Source: Tubiluchus corallicola
Taxonomy: Eukaryota > Animalia > Priapulida
Length of the DNA stretch: 64,000 nucleotides
Assembly: GCA_030141605.1 (NCBI GenBank)
Contig: JAQGDQ010000275.1
Span: 124,001 to 188,000 of the forward strand
Direction of reading: 5' to 3'
Numbering within the stretch: the first letter of the stretch is position 1; each line of letters begins with the position of its first letter. Made by a program: the position numbers and the translations under genes. Under the pieces are notes generated by a model, which saw only the letters and a list, made by a program, of their open reading frames with translations, ran no database searches and was not told where the DNA came from. Below are positions 1 to 12,348 of this stretch, piece by piece.

Positions 1-1240
1 AAATGAACGTCCAATTCTGATGATGGTAGTAGTTCAACATACTAAGCAAATGAAAGTTCTTTAGTGGTGGTGGTGGAACATAAGAAAGCAACTGAGGTCT
101 TCTGGTTTGGTGGTAGTAGTGATGGAAATTATGAAGCAAGTGGAAGTCCTCTGGCGGTGATGGCAGTGGACCGTACTAATCAAGTGAAATCCCCGTGGTG
201 GTGATTGTAGGACTTGGGAAGCAAGTGAAAAGTCAACTGAGAAAACAAAAGCTTTTTGCTGCGGGAGCTGGTACGTAACTAAAAGATCACCTAGATGTAG
301 AACATGGGAGAAAACTGTAAGAACTTTGATGGTAGGACAGATGGTAGTGCAACGCATACCTTAAGCTCACAGTAATTTTATGGTTTTCATCGCTTTTTGA
401 AGTCCTTAGCTTGGACTGATCCGAAACACCAAAACATTTAAAAAAATCTCTGCATCACAGTGTAACGTTCTCAGACGTTTTTATGGAAAATTCTAACAAA
501 TTAAATAAACAAGATGAAATGTACACTCTGTATTTATACATTTAATTAAGTTAAATAAAATGTTATATCACGACTTAGATGGTTAATTAGTGTCTTCTAA
601 ACGAGACCCAGTTGTTCAGACATCGATTCGTGTGATTATTAAGAATATGGCACTTCTTTTCAATTGCAAGGATCCATTCGAATGGCTGCATTTCCTCTCT
701 CGTAATTCCCGATCTGATTAAATTAGCCACCAGGACACAAAGCTGCTACCAAACAGCTCGGCTTTTTATCCCAATCGGAAGGGCGGTTCCAAGCGAGGGG
801 TGTTACGCTTTGGCGTGCTAGTATACCCATAGAAACTTGAACACTCACAAGTAAACGGGCTCCAGAAAAAAATAGGCACACCTAACGTTAATCCACGGGA
901 AAACGGTGCCCCACCTTCACCTGTTGCGAAAAATAGGGGTGCAAAGATTCTGTCTCTTCACGCTAGGGCGGCGGTGATTCTACATTTCATATCAATCGCT
1001 TCAAACAGTTTGAGCCGATAATTAAACGTTCTAGATGGCTCGCTGGCGCAGTGAAAAGCATAATGAAGTTTTATGCCTGGCATAATTAGAAGCTGCGCGT
1101 GTGAAGCCTAACAGATTTTTCTAGGATCGGGATTGGGGACGTGGCAACATGGCAACACTAGTTGGACAATATCCCGCTAACAAGGCGATAAAATTCCTCT
1201 AGTATACAGCGATTTGTTCATTAAGGCTGGTGTCACTTAC

Positions 1241-1575
1241 ATGTATGTATGTATGTATGTATGTATGTATGTATGTATGTATGTATGTATGTATGTATGT
1301 ATGTATGTATGTATGTATGTATGTATGTATGTATGTATGTATGCATGCATGCATGCATGTATGTATGTATGTATGTATGTATGTATGTATGTATGCATGT
1401 ATGTATGTATGAATGAATGAATGAATGAATGAATGAATGAATGAATGAATGAATGATTGAATGATTGAATGAATGAACGAATGAACGAATGATTGAATGA
1501 ATGAATGAATGAATGAATGAATGAATGAATGAATGAATGAATGAGTGAGTGAATGAACGAACGAACGAATGAATG
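1241..1575. repeat. (ATGT)n/(GAAT)n compound microsatellite
   Basis: Direct reading. Confidence 0.98.
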
Positions 1576-2632
1576 TATTTATATGCAGAATGAAAAACCT
1601 AATTACTTCCCTAAGCCTAGTAAAGTATGACACTTATTAGTGACCGCTTTGTCTGCCTGCAGTCATAACGTGTAACAGATTTATTACATTTATTTGCTAA
1701 ATTATCGATTAGTAAATTCAGAAACCATGTAGAAAAATCTGTTTTTTTGAACTATTTTTAGTTACTTTTGTAGTTTAATTACATTTCTCACATAAATTAA
1801 CTTGGTTTGAATCTGTAGTCGCAGCAATTGTTTTCACTAGTTACTAATTCCTACCAACCTGTAACCAAGTTACTAACCTATTTTGACAGTTATCACTTCA
1901 CCGGACAATTCTAAATTTAAGCTTCTTGATATCATAAGTTACTAATTAGCTCTCATGACTAAATTTGCACTTAATTATAATCTTAATATTAAAATTATAA
2001 TTATTATTCTACGTAGTATATTTCTGCTGGGCATTCATTTCGAACATTACACCATTTGCTCGATTTCGGTTCAAGGAATAAAACGAGATAATTACTCCTG
2101 AATACGAGATAACAACGGAGACCTCAATGTTCCATTGAGGACCTCGCAGGACGTGTCCTAGCTAAATGATATTTTAATTGTCACTGGTCAGCCGAGTCAA
2201 ACAAACGTGTAATTACTCCTGAATACGAGATAAAAATGGAGATCACCGGCCAGCCGAGGGTTCCACATAAGCACCTTCGCATTCTGTTTTCTCAAAGGCT
2301 GCTAATAACACCAATGGTATTTAAATGGCTTCGCTTAACGATAACTACCAGGCAGTAAAACGGTCGAACTGTTTCTGTGTTTTTGGATCAGTAGATTCAG
2401 TCTTTAGCCTTATATTGATGAGTACAAGCTGAATTGTGACATTAATGATAGTTAAGCGCAATCTTGATGGTTGTGGCTCACGGCTGATCGCACAATCTGT
2501 TGCTCAGACCCGCACATTATCGATTACACGTTGTGCTTTAAAACGAAACCTGTATTGTATAATATCCTCGGTTTGTCTCGCAATAACCTGAAATCGACGT
2601 AAACCGTTAAATTAACCGGTGAAGCGGTAGAC

Positions 2633-3053
2633 TTAAAGGAAGAGTCAACCCTCGAACAACATTTATTGCAATTTAATGTTACAATTAAAAATATTGAAAT
2701 CACAATACAAAATATGCGTATAGAATGTTTTGCTTAAAAATCTAAAAGAAATTTGAATATTTTTTTATCTCCCGCCAAACGAACGTCGCTGCCGGCATTT
2801 GAAAAGAATAACGTAAGCTGGTGTCTGCTGTGAATGCTGTGAAGGTAAGCTGTGGTGAAGGTACGCGTTGCAAAATTTCTACAGTTTGCATAGAAATTCC
2901 TTTATTCTAAAATTCCGTAATTCCGTAAAGTAATCACGACTTTAAATTGATTTTACGAGATGCTTATCACAGTTTTATTTCTGAAAGTTTCTAACATGTT
3001 CCCCAAATTTTAAAATACGCTCAACTTCAAGAGAGACTTGGTTTCTGCTTTAA
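2633..3053. mobile_element. Possible second Kolobok-like MITE family
   Basis: TTAAAGGAAGAGTCAA...TTGGTTTCTGCTTTAA termini resemble family A ends but the interior differs; single copy in the window. Confidence 0.4.
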
Positions 3054-3169
3054 GAGGGCCAATCTGATCACTAGTTGGTTAGTGGTACCTGTTTTAATTG
3101 TGTTGTATGTGTTTATGGACTAATTATAGTAATGGTGTGATAAATAGACTGTGTCTTACATACAACAGT

Positions 3170-3389
3170 ACGATTATAGTGCTTCTGGCATGTGTGTAAA
3201 TCTATCACATTTTACCACATTTTAGTAATATTCGCAGAAGATCGTTTTATAGAGTTCGAAACCAATACACATGGCAATAGTATTATAAATGCTATTGTTA
3301 ACTCACATGGACTCGCCAAGTCTTGCTTGAAATGGAATGAAATATTACATAATTATTTCTAAAATTTATTTAGCTCTTAATTTACTAAC

Positions 3390-3423
<34 letters not shown>

Positions 3424-3522
3424 TGTAATTATATACTTCATTGCATTTTATTTAATTTTAATACTGTATTTGTATTTTATATGATCTTCGTTACCTAAAT
3501 AAAAATAAATTTGAATTGAATT
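3170..3522 (+). mobile_element. 3' remnant of non-LTR retrotransposon (RTE-X-like)
   Basis: Manual translation gives DYSASGMCVN...GNSIINAIVNSHGLAKSCLKWNEILHNYF*, resembling the RTE-X ORF2 C-terminus. It is followed by an AT-rich UTR and the tail AATAAATTTGAATTGAATT. Confidence 0.5.
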
Positions 3523-3662
3523 TAATAATTGCTGTAAAAGGTAAATTAATTATCTGGTCGGCAGGTATTTTAGCAACAAAAAGCAAGACAAGTCCTTATT
3601 TCAGTCAGCCTCGTGGTTTGGCTCTAAGGGAATGACTGAGTGGCCACTAAGTTTCCTCGGCG

Positions 3663-3722
3663 ACCGAAGTTAAGCAACGCCGAACTTGATTAGTTTACGG
3701 ATGAATGCCTGCTGAGAGATCT
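3663..3722 (+). pseudogene. 5S rRNA-derived fragment (5S pseudogene or SINE3-like part)
   Basis: ACCGAAGTTAAGCAACGCCGAACTTGATTAGTTTACGGATG aligns by eye with the internal control region of invertebrate 5S rRNA (ACCGAAGTTAAGCAACGTCGGGCCCGGTTAGTACTTGGATG). Confidence 0.6.
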
Positions 3723-3954
3723 GCCTTTTTGGGAGTTGCATTTATAAACCCAGCCTATCTGCCTCGCAGAGATGTATCCGAACGGTCGAGTCTATTTCTA
3801 GAATTTCAACTGGTCCTGCTGCAACTGTTAACTATCAAATATGGCCTGCTGTTTAAAACTAGATTTCGGCTATCGAACTTTATAGTCAGAATCTGAGAAG
3901 TTTATTTGACTAAAGCTTGCAATTCCGTTCACACAGGATTCTAGTTCGTGAAGC

Positions 3955-4062
3955 GGATTAGAATTAGGACTAAGGTTAGGAATTAGAATTATGGTCAGGG
4001 TTAGGTTGGGTTAGGGTTAGAGCTTGGTTAGAGTCAAGGTTAGGATTAGGGTTAGGACTAGA
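3955..4062 (+). repeat. Degenerate (TTAGGG)n-like tract
   Basis: GGGTTAGGTTGGGTTAGGGTTAG...GGATTAGGGTTAGG. Confidence 0.8.
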
Positions 4063-4507
4063 GTATTCAAAGTGTGTTGGGAATTGTAAACTCTTTCGTC
4101 TGATTTTTACTTCAATAGACAAGCATAATAAAATTATAGTTAAATTAGATAAAATATGATGCATCATGTATAAAAAAAAGTATAAATATAAAAAATGTGA
4201 GAATAAAAAGTATAAATAAAATTATAAAATCTATGAACAATATAGTCGATGTGATTTTGAATTGATTAGTACTATTGTAAACCATAACTACAAAATTAAC
4301 TACTAAATAACTATCTATGAATAAATTGGGTTAGCAATTGCAAAGACAAGACAGCCACATATAAAAGCAAGCTGAAATTTTTGCAATTTCCAAACTTTTC
4401 ATGTATATTTTATACACACCCTTATTGAAGAAAAAATCCTGGTTCTTCTAGTACTTTTTACCACTGAGCATGTCTAGTTATTTTCGACTGCTGAGTTTGT
4501 GTATAGC

Positions 4508-4582
<75 letters not shown>
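4508..4582. repeat. (AGT)n microsatellite
   Basis: Direct reading. Confidence 0.98.
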
Positions 4583-4583
<1 letters not shown>

Positions 4584-4810
4584 TATATATTCACTTCACA
4601 AAGCGACTGAATGGTACAATCAAAAATAAAATGTTTTTCATCTTCCAAAGGTGAGATTGAGAGATTGTACAAACGCTGGTCCCTAGGGATGCATCTTTTC
4701 CTTTCTAATTCAACTTTCAAATTGTGTGAATCTACCCTTAATCTGACCACGTTCTCAGTAACTTTCTTAAAATTTGAGTCACACGTTAAATACTTGCTTC
4801 TCTAAGTTTT
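4582..4810 (-). mobile_element. Non-LTR retrotransposon ORF2 C-terminal remnant
   Basis: RLRVDSHNLKVELER...IPRDQRLY...LEDEKHFIFDC matches the RLR..H.L.IE.GR...R.C...EDE.HF...C C-terminal motif of LINE ORF2 proteins; abuts (AGT)n. Confidence 0.75.
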
Positions 4811-5344
4811 CATTAATCATTAAGTAATAGACAGTATAGAGAAGAAACGTTTGGAAACTGCAGGAAATTCATCAAGCTGGTACATATGTCTTGCCTTTGC
4901 AATTTGTGATTTTATTGAGATACCCAACAAAAGGAATAGATTAGTTTAGTTTAGTTTAGTTTAGATTAGATTAGATTACATTCGATCGGATTAGATTAGA
5001 TTTCTATTTCGTTTCAGCATTAAAGTGAAATAAAACGTATACTTAAAATATTCACAATAACCAGAACTGCATTAAAAATAATACTGATAATGAAAGAAAA
5101 AACTTTTGAGTTGTACAGTCACATAGGAAATAGTTGAAAGAGCTTATGGGTTTTAAAATATTTTGATTTGAAATATCCGGTCTGAATTCACGATAAAATG
5201 TATACATTATGATGATAAGTAAAACTTTCCAAAGTGCAGGAAATTTGTTAAATCAAGATTAATACTTTGATATCTCTGTTTCTTGCCACTGCTTCGAACT
5301 TGGCTTACTATTTTCTGTCTGTTGTTGATGCACACTTGTACAAC

Positions 5345-5937
5345 TTAAAGGAAGACAGGATGATTTTTGATAATCTACTTCATTTTCAAGTACGATAAAA
5401 AGTATACATTTTAACACAATTAATACTGAAAAAGCGTTTCTGATGATTAAATTATATATTAAAATCTTAATTAACGGCTGGCAAACCCAACCAGTGTTGA
5501 CATCACAAACTAACATAATTTTCAATGTGTTGCAGGTGTTTGTGAAACCGAAAATTGAAGTACAGCAGTACTGTAAGATATTCAGTGGGTTGTACTAAGA
5601 CTAGGCAATTTTTGAGATAAAAATTTAAATTTCAAATTTACCGTGCTGTGCTGACGCATGAATTATCGAACGTCACAAATTTTACACTTCTGAACGGAGA
5701 GGTACAGCACCTGTTTTCTGTGCAAAGCATTTCCGAAATGCCCGCGCTAGTGCCCGTCTAACTAGGCAATGTCGAAGTGCATTTAATAGCGAACAACTAG
5801 TGGCGCCAACGTGAAATTGTGTTTGTGTGGTAATAATTCTTTCACGTAAGGCATTTTTGAAAAAGTAGTATGTTTCCTTTCAATATTTTGAAGAGTAGAT
5901 TGTTTTGACCTACAGTTCGGGTCCGGTCTTGTTTTAA
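5345..5937 (+). mobile_element. Kolobok/T2-like non-autonomous DNA transposon (MITE family A), copy 1
   Basis: Starts TTAAAGGAAGACAGG and ends GTCCGGTCTTGTTTTAA. TTAA at both ends, imperfect TIRs, and internal sequence (e.g. GAGAGGTACAGCACCTGTTTT, AGTGCCCGTCTAA) shared with other copies. Confidence 0.85.
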
Positions 5938-6399
5938 CTCTTCACCTCTTTTTACGGTGGTCATCAGACTTGAGGATTGATCGTGCGACCGTTCGCTGAC
6001 AGCTGAGTCATGAATCAGAATTCATAGTACGCTTGAGGGCAATAATTGTTTGAGCAGTTATTAGTACAATTTCAGCTTTGATTTATATAGCTAATATAGC
6101 AGCAAGAGAGAAAGTTCCTACCTGACAGTTTAATAAGCGTGGTTAAGCTGAGAGTGTTTGAGAGCTCTTACTCACACGTAAGTGGGATTAACCCTCAGAA
6201 TGTCTGCATAGGAGATTGTCACATTACTGTTAAATAATATCTTGACAATCATATGACATTCTCCTATACAGAGGACTTAGTGCTCGTGTTTTAGAGTTTG
6301 TTTGACAAGTTTTGGTTTTTGTATTTGTAAAACAGCTCCAACACAATCTTCTAGCCAGCATGCAAAATGTCAGTGAATGCACAGTTTGTTAACACTGTC

Positions 6400-6515
6400 A
6401 TAATGATGATGATCATGATGATGACGACGACGATGATGATGATGGTGATGATGATGATGATGATGATGATGACGACGATGATAATGATGGCGATGACGAT
6501 GACGATTACGATGAT
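6400..6515. repeat. (GAT/GAC)n microsatellite
   Basis: Direct reading. Confidence 0.95.
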
Positions 6516-8439
6516 GCTGGTTATTATCGTTGTTTCACGTTCCTCTGGCAAAAATTTATAATTTATCGGGTGAACGTGTTCACATCAAAACTAAATGAAT
6601 TCAGACTTAAATCCGCAAGCGTGATCCCGTTTATCGCTTAACTATGCCTGGCCCAGCGCGGTTTGCTCCTACCCCAGAGGTGTACGTTGCAAGTTTTGTG
6701 ATTTCAGATACCGTAGTTTTAATGTTATTCAATGTTATGAATCGATCTGACCGAATGTCCTGCACCCTATAACCGTTCACCATATTATTGCCTGATTCCG
6801 TACCACTGATGTTTACCGTGGAAGTTTCATAACTCTATATTCCATAGTTTTTGACTTATTGACTCGAACTGTTCGATGTCCTATGTCCTTGACACTTTGT
6901 CGAAGGTCACCATTGCCGAACGAAAAACCCTGCAGTTTTGTCATTACATGTGTGAATTAACTAAAATCAAAAGTGGATGTCTAAGAAAACTCGATGCCTA
7001 ACATAATGATGGAAAGGAATGAAAAACCAGACGATATTTTTCAGGACGCTGCTCGCGGATAAAAACAAATGTGGCTGCAATTGCATACAAAATACCATAA
7101 CGGTTCCAATGGTTAACAAAATGATATGTAACACATTTACAAAACTTAAAAACCACAACAAGCTCTGATTACTGCACACACAAAACTTTAAAATAAATAA
7201 AAATAAATAACAAATTGAACAATGTAATAACACCATTATTATAATGTACATATGTATATTACCATATATATATATATATTAGTGTATAATCTAAGTACAC
7301 ATTGATATGTATACATTTTTCATGTTTTGAAAGCATCTATTTGTCAAGTTCAGACAATTAATAAGATTTCTTGACTGGTACGTCCTGCTCAACCAAATAT
7401 TTTTTTAACTTAAATTTATGTTCAATTTTGCTGCAGTTCCCAAAATTATTTGCGTCGTTTATTGTTTGTAATAGTTCTGCTAATTTCACACGTTTCGTTT
7501 GCTGCATAGGTGGCGTTCTAATTTTTCTTAATTGTCCAGATGAGAGGCTTTTTATTGATGGTAGCTTCGGTTCTTCCAGATATCTACGTGTCAATAGGGC
7601 TTAACAACTTTGATGAGTTTTTTCAATCACATTTTTTAATTCACAATTTTATTTTACACTTAAAATCCATATAAACTAAACGAAACATGTACAAGACATT
7701 AAGACTACACATTAAAACATAAGACTAAAATTACTGAAATTACAATAAAACAGAGCACACAACTACAAAAACGCACACACAAGAGGACACGCTATTTACA
7801 AAATTATGTAGTTAGTTAGTTTATTGACTATAATTTTACATAATTCGAGACAAATACACTATAATATTGTGTAACCAGAAGAATCTGTAATCCAAAAATA
7901 CATTACCAAAATCACACATCGAGAACAGCAAAGATAAAATAATCTATAATCATGAACTGGTAGAAACTTTATGAAACTTAATTTTAGCTTGACAAAAGAC
8001 AATGGCCTATACTCAAAATAACGTTGCTAAATCCGTAAATAACTTCAATACATCATAACAAATTGTAAACGTGTGTTCGTTTTCAAATACATCGACAATA
8101 TTAGAAAAATTTACGCTCGTGAACTCATTTCAAAGATTTTCTGTTTTTGGGCAAGTGGTTAAAAAACATGCTTTTCAGTTTGGACAGCACCACATTCACA
8201 CAATCTGTTTTTCACCGGTTGGCGACTCGAAATGTACAAGAGACAAGGCATGCAAAATTAATTCACTAAAACAATAGCTGTTTGCTGCAGTAAAAACCCA
8301 TTACAACAACTCAGCAAATTATGTTACCCGCCTTTAAAAAAAGCGATTTTAGTTTTCATTTTACTAAATACTATTATTCTAATTTCGACAGTATTTTTTC
8401 TCAGCTTTTATACTTTGCAGTGATTTAATAATTAGTTAG

Positions 8440-8538
8440 TTACGTAATGTTTGATAACGTAACGTAATGTAACCTAACGTGACGTGACGTAACGTAACTT
8501 CACGCGACGCGACGCAACGTAACGTAACACAGCGTAAC
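8440..8538. repeat. Degenerate (CGTAA/CGTGA/CGCGA)n pentamer tract
   Basis: Direct reading. Confidence 0.85.
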
Positions 8539-8689
8539 CAGTAAGTTAAATCTACGGGTTTTTTAACATGGGTAATTCAACATTAAGTCTTTTTTGTTAG
8601 AAATGTACTAAATTAAATTTCATCAATCGACTATTCTTTCTAATCCATGCTTTTCCTGATTCATCATCTCATGTTATCTTTTCTTGTAA

Positions 8690-8931
8690 GTTACTCTGTG
8701 AAGCCACGCACTGTTACACACACAAAGGGTCGGACACAATCTATCAATCCACCCACCTTTCTGGACACCTGCTCTTATGCAAGCATTGAGCGGAGGTTCT
8801 CTCGTTTCAGTAGCGCGCGCGATCTCCTCTCGGAAGCCAGACAGTCAGCGCTACCGCGAATAAAACGCCGCAAATCAATTGTTTTCTGAGTGCGAAACTA
8901 TGCCGAGAAAGATTGGCTTCTTCGTGTAAGT
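8690..8931 (+). promoter_or_regulatory. Candidate VGAT promoter / upstream first exon
   Basis: Locally GC/CpG-rich island about 300-550 bp upstream of the ATG, with a TCAGT initiator-like motif near 8806 and a strong donor hexamer GTAAGT at 8926-8931. Confidence 0.45.
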
Positions 8932-9232
8932 GAGAGGAGGCGATTTAGTTGTAATTGTGTCAGCTTTACGTCCGGGATTTGTCTATTTAATAGGATGAGT
9001 AGAGACGTTTCTAACAGTGAGTTAAAGCGCTTTGAAAAGCTAACAAGTTTAGCGCATTTTTAATTTAATCTAATCAATTACCAAGGAGTTTGCAAGTTTC
9101 TCAAATCAGTTTCCTTGCTCGTTTTGTGAAAGAAAAGGTTTGTTCACACATCAGTAAAAGTAGACATGTACATGCAGTCCACGCGTATGCTTTTTTGACG
9201 CAAAAACAACGTTGTTTTCCTCACTTTCCATC

Positions 9233-9505
9233 ATGGAACTGAATATGACGAGCAGACTTCGAACCTTGCGTTCGTTTCTTCCTCCCATGGGAACGAAGGA
9301 GGAGACGGTGCACTTTGCCAAATGGGATAGAGGAAATCTAGAGATGAACGACCTCCCAAATGGAGGTTCTGCCATGGTCACCACTCCCGGAGACGAGGAG
9401 AAAATGAACGGGTCAATTTCGGCCGTGGAGACGATTGGACCCTCTCACCCGAAAAACGCAATTTCTGAATGGCAGGCGGGTTGGAATGTGACCAATGCTA
9501 TACAG
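9233..9505 (+). CDS. slc32a1: Vesicular inhibitory amino acid transporter (VGAT/VIAAT), coding exon 1 (91 codons)
   Basis: Translation MELNMTSRL...KEETVHFAK...ISEWQAGWNVTNAIQ ends in the VGAT signature W.AGWNVTNAIQ, followed by the donor CAG|GTAAAT at 9506. Start ATG at 9233 is inferred; in-frame ATGs at codons 5 and 19 are alternatives. Confidence 0.93.
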
Positions 9506-11125
9506 GTAAATTCTTTTACAGAGCCTTAATTTCATTTTTAAAATTTAACATTGAAATATTAGAAACTTCTTCGCTTATTGAATTGCAAGTATTGCCATCG
9601 GTTTCTTTAGTACGAGGCAGTTAACGTTTTCTCAGGGTTGGCAGATCTAGTGTTATAAACTCGAGTGACATTGCAAGTCTTGCACGCAAAGCTAAACAAA
9701 ATCGCTCCATATACGCTGTTCACTGTAGCAAGAGAATTTAGGTAATTTAAAGGACTGAGGTTAATTTTTTTTCCTTCGGACGGAATTGAAATTTCTGTGT
9801 AATTTCAAAAAGCGCGATGCGATTAAAACGAAAAGTTGCAACGGTAAAAATTTGATGCTAAAGACGGTAAATACTAAAAGGGTTGCTTATGCAGGCTGTA
9901 ATTAAAACGAATAATGTTCTGCTCTTTTTTAAAATTAATTTTAGTTACTTCGTAAATGTATTATTTGAAAAGTATCCGTCTCTAACGTCAAACAAATTCG
10001 AAAACAACGTAGCAGTAATTTCTTTACATCGAATTAAATTTTAAAATGAACAGACCCCTATTGTTTTGACATAAACAATTAATAAACGACTATTTTGAAA
10101 ATCCACGTGGTGTATGTATTTCTTGCCAAACTTGTATTTAGACTAGGTGAGGGTGCGCAACCTTAAGTAATGTTGCAGTAGAAACAAATATTTTACCTTA
10201 TACAGTTAAGCAAAAGAAAAAGTTTGATGAGAGTTTTTCCGAATATACTCTATACTTTTAAACTATTTACGGAATTTCTATTAAGTTTTCGGAATATTTT
10301 TTATTTCCTATCGTCGACGCAAAACAAAAGACGTTACAGAATCGCTTCACAATATTCACTGCAGCAAGAGAATTCAAGAAATTTAAATGTTTGACTAGTT
10401 TAAATATACAAATAAATTATAGTCGTAATTTATAAGTTTTATTATAACATTTTGTTGCATAAAGCAATTAATTTTTTTTGATTTTCTGAAAATAATTCCG
10501 CTTATCGTTTTCCTTGCGTCCTCTGAGTATGTGAAATGGCCCCTAGTGAGCAGATGAGGTGAATGGGTCACAGCAGAGAAACCCGCTTTTGGTCTTTTTG
10601 AACTGCCTCACTGAGGGACTTCATACGAACCCGACAATGGCACTCTATTGGTTCAGTAACTCATTTTAGGCGATCATCTTTGACAATTGCCTAGATCCTG
10701 GTCCCGTTACAACCACCAAGCTGGCTATTTGAGCGATACATATCGACTTGTGTTGTACCAAACTGCATATAAATACGTTCAATGCGATTGTAAAGGCTAA
10801 AAGCGACTTTTCTTCAAACTTCTTCAAACTGTTTGAATGGGAAAATATTAATGGTATTTAAAAATTTTTAAATACAAATTGTGTAAGATTTATTACTACT
10901 AGAGCCATGGACGAAATGGTATAATAATAGTGTCTACGCTGTGCTTAGAAAGAAAGCTTTAGACACTGACACCAATCAATTAAGATATACTTAATTGTGC
11001 GTGAAGATATTTATTTGATACTTTCGATAGTATAAAGAAGTTTTTCATTTTTTATTTTTTATTTTATTTTATTTGATATAATTTATATGTTGGGTTCAAA
11101 CAGGGTATCAATTGTCCCTCAGTTT

Positions 11126-11320
11126 CATACCATACCACATCGTACCATACCGTTCCATACCATACCGTACCGTACCGTACCGTACCGTACCGTACTGCAC
11201 CGCACCATACCATACCATACCATGCCATACCATACTATACCACACCACAGCATACCATTCCCTTACCATACCAAACCATACCTTACCATACCACACAACA
11301 CCATAGCATACTATGCCATA
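11126..11320. repeat. (ACCAT/ACCGT)n pentamer microsatellite
   Basis: Direct reading. Confidence 0.95.
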
Positions 11321-11817
11321 TCATTTCATTCTCTTTTGCAATGTAGTTTCTCCGAAATCAAATAAGAAAAACTATTGGTATAAACGCTGCAATAATGGAG
11401 AATTTCACAACGGACGTTATTGGTACTTTTACTGAAATAGACGCATTAAAGCTATTAAAATATATCTCTGGAGCTAAACAACCCTTAAGAAACGCCTTTT
11501 TATACGAGTATCACAAGATTGCTAATATCACTCGAAGCAACGCGTTGGATCCGATTGCTAATATTCGACTCTGTATAAATGTCTAGTTGTTTGGTCAGGT
11601 TTGCTACCCGCCTGGCCCTATAACTGAACCTACGCGTACTTTTGCTGATTAAATACGTTATTAAATTGATTAGCATTGATCCAGGAATCAGAATTGGATG
11701 AGACTTGATCCGAAGCTTGTCTACTAGCATGAGACGTAATATAGCTTTCATTGAATAAAAACTCATCGTACTGGTGACGAGCATCTCGATAATGCTATGA
11801 GTAATAAGATGTACCAG

Positions 11818-11890
11818 GAGAAATAAGAAAAACAAAAAGAAAAGCAACAAAAGAAAGAAAAAGGAAGAAAAGAAAGCGAGAGAGAAAGAT

Positions 11891-11921
<31 letters not shown>

Positions 11922-12015
11922 AAAAAGCATAAAAAGAAAGAAAAAGACAGAAGAAAAAAGAAAAGGGTAGAAAAAGAAGGAAAAGCAGAAAGAAAATGAA
12001 AGAAAGAATGAAAAA
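11818..12015. repeat. GA-rich low-complexity / (GAAA)n tract
   Basis: Direct reading. Confidence 0.9.
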
Positions 12016-12348
12016 TATAACAAGAATGATAACAATGTTACTTTAAATACATGATAGAAGTAAACTTTATTGGGCATGCCTTCTCTAATAAACATGCGAA
12101 ACAAAATACGGAATTCAACATAATTGACTAACAAAGCACATACGGAAAATATAATGACATTTGAATACGTTTAATAGTTCTAGCATAAGGCACATTAATG
12201 TTAATCGTTAGTTTTCCGAAATTAAATTTTGGCTGCTTTGAGAAAGGGGTTATCTCTGTCAAGATTTTCATTTTAAACTTTGCTGAACGCAGATTGTCGG
12301 TGGGAATGCATAAAATGGGGATGCATGAAAGAAGTGATTACATTGTAT

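Noticed and set aside
1-360. G-rich stretch with a 98-aa minus-strand ORF
   Set aside because: No recognisable domain; the window edge prevents assessment.
2090-2257. Local duplication of AATTACTCCTGAATACGAGATAA about 121 bp apart
   Set aside because: Two-copy tandem duplication with no further structure.
5938-5970. Minus-strand CTGATGA..GGTGAAG hammerhead near-match (similar partial matches near 25130 and 62685)
   Set aside because: Lacks the GAAA core or a convincing stem II/III.
7358-7594. 78-aa minus-strand ORF ending HKFKLKKYL
   Set aside because: Possibly a LINE ORF2 tail but too weak to assign; no host-gene features.
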